NCBI GenBank assembly: GCA_964389925.1
Contig: CAYMGE010000002.1
Span: 47,729-111,728 of the forward strand
Direction: 5' to 3'
Source of the DNA: an uncultured Ardenticatenaceae bacterium
Lineage (GTDB): Bacteria > Chloroflexota > Anaerolineae > Promineifilales > Promineifilaceae
Length of the DNA stretch: 64,000 nucleotides
Below, one piece after another: positions 50,580 through 59,393 of the stretch. The notes beneath the pieces were generated by a model that saw only the letters and a program-made list of their open reading frames with translations, had not been told where the DNA came from and searched no databases. Numbering within the stretch: position 1 is the stretch's first letter; each line of letters starts with the position of its first letter. The translations under genes and the position numbers were made by a program.

Positions 50580-50895
50580 TGAACAGCGAGAACGCCTTTT
50601 TTGTGCAGATTTTGACAAGATTAGCGCAACGGTATTGGTTTCGCAATGTTGCCTTAGATGGAAGAGTTGTACAATAACACGCTGAAGGAATGTTTGATCG
50701 TGCCGACGATAGATGATTATGCGATCAAATTTACCTTACGATAATGGCGATTAGCGCAACACACGTTTGAATTAACACGTTTTGAGCAAGTTGGTTTCGC
50801 ACTCTAAAGAAATTAATGAGATTTCTCACAACTGAAAATCGGCCGAATATACTACGGGTTACAAGTATGGGACTAAACACGAGAAGAGTGATTTT

Positions 50896-53800
50896 ATGCG
50901 ACAATTTCTGATTATCGGCCGAACAATGACATATTCCCCCGCCGTCGCAATTTCTGCAAGTCGGGCGGGTGGACTTGGGCTACTTGATTTGACAGAGGCA
51001 GATTTAGCAACGGCGCGAAAGGCGTTAGCAGAAGTCTCTCGCTATGCGAGGGATGAGATCTCTCGGCCTGAAGGTGATAACATTGGGGTTATTTTTTCGG
51101 CCGAAGTCACCCCCACCCTCCTCGCTGAATTACCTCATTGGATCACAACCGTCGTTTTTTCGGCACAAAACTATCGCAAAACGTGGCTCAAAAAAGCGCA
51201 ACGTATGGGTCTCAGCGCGTGGGTTGAGATATTTGATGGCTTAGAGGCGGAAAAAGCTGAAAAGTGGGGCGCAGATGGCCTCCTGTTACGCAATGCGTCG
51301 CGTCTAACTGCGCTTCGTGAACAGGTCAGCTTACCGATTTACGTACAGGGGGCAATCGGCCGCGAAACGGCGCGACAACTGTGGAATGACCATGCAGCCG
51401 GTATTGTCTTGCGCGAAGAACTGGCCTTAACTCGTGAGGCACAGTTACCCTTACATGTGCAGGCTGTAATTCGGGCGCGTCAATTTGACAAGCTCCCACG
51501 TCAGTTTGGGGCAGGTGTTAAGTTTGCGCCAGACTACGCAGAGGATTGTCGGACAGTCGGTGGCGTTCTGCGCGAATTGCGGCTCACAACCCCGCCTCCG
51601 CTCGTAATTCCAAAGCCGGCCGAGATTGCAATCATTGGCATTGAATGTGTCCTGCCCGGCGCAAAAAATAAACAGCAATTTTGGGAGAACATTCTCAATA
51701 GTGTTTATGCGATTCAGGAGGTGCCGGCCGATCGTTGGGACAGCGACTTATATTTTGACCCAGATCGTAAAGCAAAAGATAAATTGTATTCAAAGTGGGG
51801 CGGCTTTATTGATGACGTGCCATTTGACCCGCTTGAGTTTGGGATGCCACCCAACTCGCTAAAGGCGATTGACCCGATGCAACTGCTTGCGTTGAAGGTG
51901 GCAAAAGGGGCGTTACAGGATGCGGGGTACGCGGGGCGTGAAGTCAATCAGCGTAACACGGGCGTGATTTTGGGGTGTAGCGGTGGCTTGGGGGATGTTG
52001 GGCAATACTATTTGTTGCGAACGATGTTGCCGTCGGTGATTGGGCAGGGAGCGGCCGACTTTCAGCAAAATACCAACCTGCCAGAGTGGACAGAAGATTC
52101 ATTCGCTGGTTTATTGCCCAATGTGACAGCGGGGCGGATCGCCAATCGGCTCGATTTTGGCGCGGTCAACTATGTCGTCGATGCAGCATGTGGCTCGTCA
52201 TTGGCAGCCGTGCATCTGGCGACAAAAGAGCTAAACAGCCACAATGCCGATCTGATGGTCGTCGGCGGAGTTGATACGGTGCAGTCGCCATTTGGCTTTA
52301 TGTGCTTTAGCGCGACAGGTGCGCTCACGCCGACGGGACACCCGCGCCCATTTGACGCAGAGTCGGACGGAATCGCCATCAGCGAAGGCGTGGTGATGCT
52401 GGTGTTAAAGCGGCTGGCAGATGCAGAACATGATGGAGATCGAATCTATGCCGTTTTGCAAGGAGTCAGTGGCAGCAGCGATGGGCGTGCGCTAGGGATG
52501 ACGGCTCCACGTTTGGAGGGGCAGCAATTGGCCTTGCAGCGCGTCTACGAGCAGTCAGGCGTTGACCCAACGACAGTCGATCTGTTTGAGGCACATGGTA
52601 CGGGAACAGCGGTCGGGGATCGCACCGAAGCGAAGTCGCTCAATCAATTCTTGGAGTCACGCGGCGCAGAGACAAATCGACAAGCCATTGGCTCAGTTAA
52701 GTCGATGATTGGGCATACGAAGGCGGCCGCTGGCGTGGCAGGACTGGCGAAAATCGCGCTGGCACTGCATCATAAGACGTTGCCACCCACATTAGGCGTG
52801 GCAACACCCAATCCGAAGGCGGGGTTTGGGTCGGGGCCGCTGTATGTCAACAGTCAAACTCGGCCGTGGATCAAAACAAACGACATGCGACGGGCAGCAG
52901 TCAGCGCGTTTGGGTTTGGGGGAACAAACTTCCATGCGCTACTGGAGGCGTATCCAGATGATTTTGTGCGGGTTGGGGCGCGGAAGAATTGGTCGGCCGA
53001 ACTATTCTGGTTTGCGGCCGAGACCTCTGAACAGCTAACCGATCAACTAAGTTTAGTCCAACGACAACTAACCGACCAAGTGAATTTAGCAGACTTAGCT
53101 CATTCAGTTTGGGCAAATCGTTCGGGAGGCGTACAAGTTGCCTTTGTTGCAACAGATACCAGCGATCTTCAAAAACAGATTGAAAACGCTTTAAGATATT
53201 CCATTTTTTCAAAAAATGGAATATCTGGACAGGTGGCATTCTTGTTTTCAGGGCAAGGGTCGCAATATGTCAATATGGGGCGCGAGTTAGCGATTCATTT
53301 TGATGAGGTGCGGGAAGCATTTGAAGAAGCAGATAGCATTTTAGAAAGAGGATTGAGTGGATTCATTTTTCCACCCCCTGCATTTGACAAAGCGACTGAG
53401 AAAGCACAGCAAGCAGCGTTGACGGCAACAAATGTGGCGCAACCAGCGTTGGGGGCAGTCGAGTTGGGCATGTTGCGCTTGTTAAAGGCGTTGGGGGTTA
53501 CGCCTGATGTAACCGCTGGACACAGCTATGGGGAGTACGCCGCCCTGCACGCAGCGGGCGTGTTTGATGCGCGGACGTTGTTGACGCTATCGGCCGAAAG
53601 AGGCCGCTGCATGGTCGAAGCTGGCGGGGATGAGATGGGGACAATGGCGGCGGTTTCGGCCGATGCAGATACCGTGCAAGCTCACATCAAACCACTCAAG
53701 GATGTTTGGATTGCCAACATCAATTCTCCACAACAGACAATTATTGCGGGGACAGACGTTGGCGTTGCAGATGCAGTCAAAACGCTACAAGCGGCGGGGT

Positions 53801-55995
53801 TGACCGTCAAGAAGATGAACGTCGCGGCGGCATTCCATTCGCCAATTGTGGCAAAGGCGCGGGATGCGTTTGCAGAGATATTAAAAGAGGTTGATTTTCA
53901 GAAACCTCATATTGGCGTGTACGGGAATGGGGCGGCAGAGCTTCACAAATCACGAAAACTAGCCAAGTCGATGGCTGACCACATGGCGCAACCCGTGCGC
54001 TTCGTCGAGCAAATCGAAACAATGTATGCGGACGGCGTGCGGACATTCGTCGAAGTAGGCCCGCGCAAAATTTTAACCAACTTGACCCGCTCTATTTTGG
54101 ACGGCCGAGATTTCTGCGCCGTTGCGCTGGATGGTGACAAATCAGACGGGCTACGCGGACTGCTATTGGCACTGACGACATTGATCGAGTGCGGCGTTGA
54201 TGTTGACATTGAACGACTGTTTGCTGGGCGCGACTTGAAGCTGTTGGATTTGGAGGATATTGCACCAAAGCAAGAGGTCTCGCGGACAACTTGGTTTGTG
54301 AATGGGGGTGGTGTGCGGCGACAGGATGAGGCGCACACGATGATTACCCCATTAACGCCTAAGAAAAGCACGCCCGACCCAGCAACTAAAGCCCGTCAGA
54401 GCGAGACAGCACGACCAAGTGCGAAGCAAAAACTGCAACCGCAGCAACGCGCTGTCCCAACACCACAACACCCCCGTCCAATTAACCCATCCATCATGCA
54501 CCAATACAGCCAGTTGATGCAGACATTTTTGCACAACCAGCGCGATATTATGGTCGCGGCACTAGGCGGTGAGTCTCAAACAACGAGACCAGTTGTGCCA
54601 ATCAAAACATCCGCCCCCGATTCGCCGAAACGACAGGTGATGCAGTTGGTTGATGCACCGCTTGCAAACGGGGCGCAACAGTTGGTCGTGGATTACCCCG
54701 TATTGGTGGCGGGGAATTTAGCGGCGACCGTGGCGGCCGTCATTCAAGGCGTGGGTGGTCGCGTTGGAACACAAGGAGAGCTGCACGGCGCGATCTACGC
54801 GAGTCAAGAATTTGACGCAGAAGCGGCCTTTGCCATCGCAAAGCGCGTGCAGTTTGCGCGGTCTGTCCCCCCATTTTTCCTACTCGTGACGGTTGGGGAC
54901 GTGCGTGGCGGACATGCAGCGCGTGGGTTTGCGCTGACGCTGGCGCAGGAGTGGACGGACATTACGGTGCGGCATCTTCATTTTGAGCGCGTTGGGCAAA
55001 TGAGCCAATTGTTGGGGGCAGAGATTTGGGCGCATGAGTCGGCCGTTTGGCACACAAATGGCGTGCGAAAAACGTGGCAGATTGTCGAAAATAAAATCAA
55101 AAACGCACCGCAATTTGCGCTGGAGAGCCAAGATGTGATCGTCGTGACAGGCGGGGCGCGGGGAATCACAGCGGCGGTTATGGAGCGACTGGGGAAGTAT
55201 CGACCGAACATTGTGATTATCGGCCGATCCCCCCTCCCCACACAACCCGAATCCTCAACAACTGCTAAACTGACCGATCCAATGATGATCAAAAAGCAGC
55301 TCATCGCAGCGCGAAAAGCGACGGGCAAACCGATCATTCTCGCAGAAGTTGAACAAGAATTTAAGACCTTGCTGAAACAACGGGAGTTGCGCGAGTCGTT
55401 GGCAACGCTAGCAGGGACAGGTGCGACCGTGCGCTATCATGCGGCCGATGTGCGCGACAAACAGTCAGTCGCTGCGGTCGTTGAGGCGACGCAGCGTGAG
55501 TTTGGCAAGGTGACGGGCGTGATTCATGCGGCGGGCGTGATTGAAGATAAACGGGTGGCGGCGAAATCGACCGAGTCGTTCACTCGCGTCTACCAAACAA
55601 AAGTTGAAGGGGCAAACGTGCTTCTTTCGCTTTTGCCTCACGCTGATCTCAAATTTGCCGCTTTCTTTTCATCCGCCGCCAGCGCGTTTGGCAACATCGG
55701 TCAAGTTGATTACGCGGCTGGCAATGGGTATTTGAACGGGCTTGCGGTTGAACTGAGTCAAAAAATACGCGCCGTAGCGGTCTGTTGGGGCGCATGGCGC
55801 GGTGGGATGGTGTCGGCCGAACTCGAACGCCAATTTGAACAGCGCGGCATCCCCTTAATCGAAATCGCCGATGGCTGCCAAGCCTTTGAACACGAACTTT
55901 TCTGCGGTAATGAGCCAATCGTCGTCTATGCAGATGGCGATTGGGCAACACAAACAATCAATACGGGCGACCATGCCCTAGCAACTAGCAACTAG
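50896..55995 (+). CDS. PUFA/heterocyst-glycolipid-synthase-like PKS subunit (NMO/ER-like N-domain, KS, AT, KR; no ACP)
   Basis: 1699 aa. SASRAGGLGLLD (nitronate-monooxygenase-like, about 230 aa), KS (DAACGSSL, EAHGTGT, GHTKAAAG), AT (GHSYGEY, AAFHS), KR (VTGGARGIT ... GQVDYAAGN). Confidence 0.92.
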   Translation: MRQFLIIGRTMTYSPAVAISASRAGGLGLLDLTEADLATARKALAEVSRYARDEISRPEGDNIGVIFSAEVTPTLLAELPHWITTVVFSAQNYRKTWLKKAQRMGLSAWVEIFDGLEAEKAEKWGADGLLLRNASRLTALREQVSLPIYVQGAIGRETARQLWNDHAAGIVLREELALTREAQLPLHVQAVIRARQFDKLPRQFGAGVKFAPDYAEDCRTVGGVLRELRLTTPPPLVIPKPAEIAIIGIECVLPGAKNKQQFWENILNSVYAIQEVPADRWDSDLYFDPDRKAKDKLYSKWGGFIDDVPFDPLEFGMPPNSLKAIDPMQLLALKVAKGALQDAGYAGREVNQRNTGVILGCSGGLGDVGQYYLLRTMLPSVIGQGAADFQQNTNLPEWTEDSFAGLLPNVTAGRIANRLDFGAVNYVVDAACGSSLAAVHLATKELNSHNADLMVVGGVDTVQSPFGFMCFSATGALTPTGHPRPFDAESDGIAISEGVVMLVLKRLADAEHDGDRIYAVLQGVSGSSDGRALGMTAPRLEGQQLALQRVYEQSGVDPTTVDLFEAHGTGTAVGDRTEAKSLNQFLESRGAETNRQAIGSVKSMIGHTKAAAGVAGLAKIALALHHKTLPPTLGVATPNPKAGFGSGPLYVNSQTRPWIKTNDMRRAAVSAFGFGGTNFHALLEAYPDDFVRVGARKNWSAELFWFAAETSEQLTDQLSLVQRQLTDQVNLADLAHSVWANRSGGVQVAFVATDTSDLQKQIENALRYSIFSKNGISGQVAFLFSGQGSQYVNMGRELAIHFDEVREAFEEADSILERGLSGFIFPPPAFDKATEKAQQAALTATNVAQPALGAVELGMLRLLKALGVTPDVTAGHSYGEYAALHAAGVFDARTLLTLSAERGRCMVEAGGDEMGTMAAVSADADTVQAHIKPLKDVWIANINSPQQTIIAGTDVGVADAVKTLQAAGLTVKKMNVAAAFHSPIVAKARDAFAEILKEVDFQKPHIGVYGNGAAELHKSRKLAKSMADHMAQPVRFVEQIETMYADGVRTFVEVGPRKILTNLTRSILDGRDFCAVALDGDKSDGLRGLLLALTTLIECGVDVDIERLFAGRDLKLLDLEDIAPKQEVSRTTWFVNGGGVRRQDEAHTMITPLTPKKSTPDPATKARQSETARPSAKQKLQPQQRAVPTPQHPRPINPSIMHQYSQLMQTFLHNQRDIMVAALGGESQTTRPVVPIKTSAPDSPKRQVMQLVDAPLANGAQQLVVDYPVLVAGNLAATVAAVIQGVGGRVGTQGELHGAIYASQEFDAEAAFAIAKRVQFARSVPPFFLLVTVGDVRGGHAARGFALTLAQEWTDITVRHLHFERVGQMSQLLGAEIWAHESAVWHTNGVRKTWQIVENKIKNAPQFALESQDVIVVTGGARGITAAVMERLGKYRPNIVIIGRSPLPTQPESSTTAKLTDPMMIKKQLIAARKATGKPIILAEVEQEFKTLLKQRELRESLATLAGTGATVRYHAADVRDKQSVAAVVEATQREFGKVTGVIHAAGVIEDKRVAAKSTESFTRVYQTKVEGANVLLSLLPHADLKFAAFFSSAASAFGNIGQVDYAAGNGYLNGLAVELSQKIRAVAVCWGAWRGGMVSAELERQFEQRGIPLIEIADGCQAFEHELFCGNEPIVVYADGDWATQTINTGDHALATSN

Positions 55996-56000
55996 CAACT

Positions 56001-59000
56001 ATGCAAAACGAACCTATCGCTATCATCGGCATGGCAGGGCTATTTCCAAATGCCCCCGATGTCCATACTTATTGGCACAACATTTTGAACAACGTGCCGG
56101 GCATTAGTGATCCCGCCAATGCCAATTGGGATACAAACATTCGCGGTGGCTATTTGGGCGATCTGGCACGCTTTAATCCAAAAAAGTTTGGCATAAAAGC
56201 ACGCGCCCTTGACGGCACAGAACCGGCTCAATGGCTAGCCCTCTCCATGGCAAAAGCGGCTCTCGATGATGCTGATTTTGACAGCTTCAAAACAGAGGCC
56301 ATTCGCGCCCGAACTGCCGTCATTTTGGGCAATGGTGCGTACATCAATCGCGGCAACACAACCCATTATCAAGCGGGAACCCTTGTGGATGAGACGGTTG
56401 AATTGATCGGCCGACTCAATCTAGGGCTAGAAGCCGAACAACTCAACGGCCTGCGTGATGAATTACAGAGCCATTTACCACCGCTCAACGCCCGTGTGGC
56501 ACGAGGATTGATCCCAAACATCATTGCGGGGCGTGTCGCCAATCGGCTCGACTTGATGGGCGGTGCGTACACTGTTGATGCGGCATGTGCATCGGCAATT
56601 TTCGCAATTGAGCAAGCGGTACGTGGCTTGCAGCGGGGGGAAATTGACTGCGCTATCGTCGGCGGTGCATATATCGCCAGCCCAAGCCCCATGACGAAAC
56701 TATTTGGGAAGCTGGGCATTGTCTCAGCAAATGGTCAAATTGAGCCATTTGGGGCGGGTGAAGGTGGCACGCTGCTTGGTGAAGGGATTGCGATGCTGGT
56801 GTTGCGTCGCCTCTCTGATACAGCCCCAAAGTCAGTTTATGCCGTGATTCGTGGGATTGGCACAGGTAGCGACGGTGGAGACATCAACGTACTTGCCCCT
56901 AAATTTCAGGGTGCAGTGCGGGTCATGCAAAAGGCTCTCGCTGATGCGGAGGTCGAAAAAGCGTCCATCGACCTGATTGAGTCACATGGGCTTGGCACAA
57001 AAGTGGGCGACCATACCGAATTTGCGGCGTTGGCAACCGTCTATGGTGGCAAAAAGTCGCGCATCATTGGGACAGTCAAGCCGATGACAGGACACACGAT
57101 GCCAGCGTCGGGGGCAAACGCGATTATCAAAGCAGCGTTGGCGATTCAAACGGGAACGTTGCCACCGACGATCAACGCGAGCAATCCCGATCCTAAGCTG
57201 GACTGGGAGAAGGCAAATATGCGTTTTTTGCAGAAATCGGCCGAATGGTCATCCCAAACACGTCGCGCCGCTGTCAACTCTTATGGCTTTGGCGGTGTGG
57301 CTGCACACGTCATTCTCGAAAACGCGCCGGCCGAAAAACAGCGCGAGACGTTGCCACAACCCATTCCACTCGACGAAAACGCGATTGTGTTGGAGACAAA
57401 TCGGCGCACGTTAGTTGTGTCAGATGAGTTCGTAGAGAAGTTGCAAGCGGCAAGTGAGTTCGTGGGTAGCGATGATGGGGGCAAAGTGGAAAGTGTCAGA
57501 ACGAATAAGAATAAAGAATCTAGGGAGGACAAGGTTGCAAGTTACAACTTGCAACTTGCAACTTCTCCAAAAGAGGGTGATATGAATTCTGTAATGAGTG
57601 ATTACTTTAATTTGATGGAGACATTTTTGCATGTGCAGCGCGACGTGATGCTGGCGGCGATGGGTGGGGAGATGCCCCCAATGATGGCACAACCACAACA
57701 GACTGTCTACGAGATACCACAGCAGCCAGCCCAACCACCTGCCCCACAACCTATTTATGAGCCATACACACCTCCGACCACTAATACAAATGGGCAGACA
57801 GCCGTCAAAGAGACCGTTGTGGAGGTTGCACCAACGGTGACATCACAATCGTCGGATAGTGGCGCGGATGCGATGCGTGACGCGCTGGTTGAGATTGTGG
57901 CGGTGCAGACGGGGTATCCGGCCGACATGATTGGGACTGATTTGGATTTAGAGGCAGAGTTGGGGATCGATTCGATTAAGCGGGTCGAGATTTTGACAGC
58001 GTTTCAGGAGCAGTTTGGGGATGCGGTACGCTCCGACCAGATGGATGATTTGTCAGAGTTGAAGACATTGGATGAGATTGTGGGGTTTGTCGGGGGGGAT
58101 AGCGCAAATTTTAAGCGAGGGGGAGCGGATGCCCCCGTCCTTGACTTTCCGTACATCCGCAACGTCGTGGCTCGTTCAGCAAATCACCTTGAAGTGACCA
58201 ATGTGACCGACGTACAGACTGAGATTTTGCTGCGAGACCACGCTTTTGGGCGGGGAGTATCGGCCGATCCAACAATAGTCGGCCTCCCCGTCCTTCCTAT
58301 GACTGGTGCCATCGAGATGATGGCTGAGGCAGCGCAACTGCTAGAGCCATCGCGTCAGTTGGTGGGCTTACGCGATGTGCGCTCGTTGCGCTGGATAACG
58401 GCTCCGAGCGGCGTTTTGCAAACGCGCACGGTTGCCGAGCGAACGGAGGAAGGGGTGAAAGTTCGCCTGTTTGTGGTGGGAGATCGGTTGCACGCGGCGG
58501 AGATGACTGTGCTTTTTGCGGCCGACTATCCGCTTCTCACATCTCAATCGACGGTTTGTGAGCAGACTGAAATCCGCTCCATCTGGGAGAACATTTATGC
58601 AGAGAGTGGGCTATTTCACGGGGAGGGGTTACAGAACATTCAGGAGATTAGTACCTATTCAGACGAGCATATTTGCGCCACCTTGCAAGTGAAGCCAAAC
58701 GAATGCTGGCTGCTTGACCCAATTTTGTTGGATGGGTTGGCACAACTATCGGGGTGTTGGGGGACGTTAACACAAGATGCGTTGGTGCTGCCCATGGCGA
58801 TTGAGGCGGTTGATTTTGCCGCTCCACTCAATTTGAGCGCAGGCAGCATCGTGCGCTGTGAGTCGCAGATGTCGATGGAAGATGGGCTTGCGGTCACAAA
58901 TTTACACCTATTCACTGGTGACAGGTTGCTGCTCACCACCACAGCGTGGCGCGGACAACTATTCGCACTACCGCAGCAGCTCACAGACTTTCTCCTCAAG

Positions 59001-59393
59001 CGATCTACAAACTGGTTGGGTAAATGGAAAAATGAGCAAATAAAAATAAACCGCAACGATTTTCCGTTACCTGTGTTCTCTAAAGCAGGTGGGGTTTGGA
59101 CGGACGCGCTGGCATTTGCCATCTTGCACCCAAAAGAGCGCGAAACATTTCAAACCATCACATTACCACCAGCACATAGATTAAAAATAATTTTACAGAT
59201 GATTGCCGCAAAAGAGTGGCTGCGGCGCAATGGGGTCGATGGTCTTTCGGCCGATATTCCCCTGTCTAAAACAGAGACCGGATTTTATTTCCGAGATTTT
59301 TACGTGGATGTTGTGGTTTCGGCCGAGAACATCATCGCGCAGAAAGCGGAAACGACATTTGAAAGAGAGAGAATGGATCATGATGAAAATTAG
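56001..59393 (+). CDS. PKS subunit KS-ACP-DH with C-terminal AcpS/PPTase-like segment
   Basis: 1130 aa. KS with Cys/His/His (DAACASA, ESHGLGT, GHTMPASG), ACP (LGIDSIKRVEIL), DH (LLRDHAFGRG...LPVLPMTG), C-terminal GVWTDA...IAAKEWLRRNG. Confidence 0.92.
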   Translation: MQNEPIAIIGMAGLFPNAPDVHTYWHNILNNVPGISDPANANWDTNIRGGYLGDLARFNPKKFGIKARALDGTEPAQWLALSMAKAALDDADFDSFKTEAIRARTAVILGNGAYINRGNTTHYQAGTLVDETVELIGRLNLGLEAEQLNGLRDELQSHLPPLNARVARGLIPNIIAGRVANRLDLMGGAYTVDAACASAIFAIEQAVRGLQRGEIDCAIVGGAYIASPSPMTKLFGKLGIVSANGQIEPFGAGEGGTLLGEGIAMLVLRRLSDTAPKSVYAVIRGIGTGSDGGDINVLAPKFQGAVRVMQKALADAEVEKASIDLIESHGLGTKVGDHTEFAALATVYGGKKSRIIGTVKPMTGHTMPASGANAIIKAALAIQTGTLPPTINASNPDPKLDWEKANMRFLQKSAEWSSQTRRAAVNSYGFGGVAAHVILENAPAEKQRETLPQPIPLDENAIVLETNRRTLVVSDEFVEKLQAASEFVGSDDGGKVESVRTNKNKESREDKVASYNLQLATSPKEGDMNSVMSDYFNLMETFLHVQRDVMLAAMGGEMPPMMAQPQQTVYEIPQQPAQPPAPQPIYEPYTPPTTNTNGQTAVKETVVEVAPTVTSQSSDSGADAMRDALVEIVAVQTGYPADMIGTDLDLEAELGIDSIKRVEILTAFQEQFGDAVRSDQMDDLSELKTLDEIVGFVGGDSANFKRGGADAPVLDFPYIRNVVARSANHLEVTNVTDVQTEILLRDHAFGRGVSADPTIVGLPVLPMTGAIEMMAEAAQLLEPSRQLVGLRDVRSLRWITAPSGVLQTRTVAERTEEGVKVRLFVVGDRLHAAEMTVLFAADYPLLTSQSTVCEQTEIRSIWENIYAESGLFHGEGLQNIQEISTYSDEHICATLQVKPNECWLLDPILLDGLAQLSGCWGTLTQDALVLPMAIEAVDFAAPLNLSAGSIVRCESQMSMEDGLAVTNLHLFTGDRLLLTTTAWRGQLFALPQQLTDFLLKRSTNWLGKWKNEQIKINRNDFPLPVFSKAGGVWTDALAFAILHPKERETFQTITLPPAHRLKIILQMIAAKEWLRRNGVDGLSADIPLSKTETGFYFRDFYVDVVVSAENIIAQKAETTFERERMDHDEN

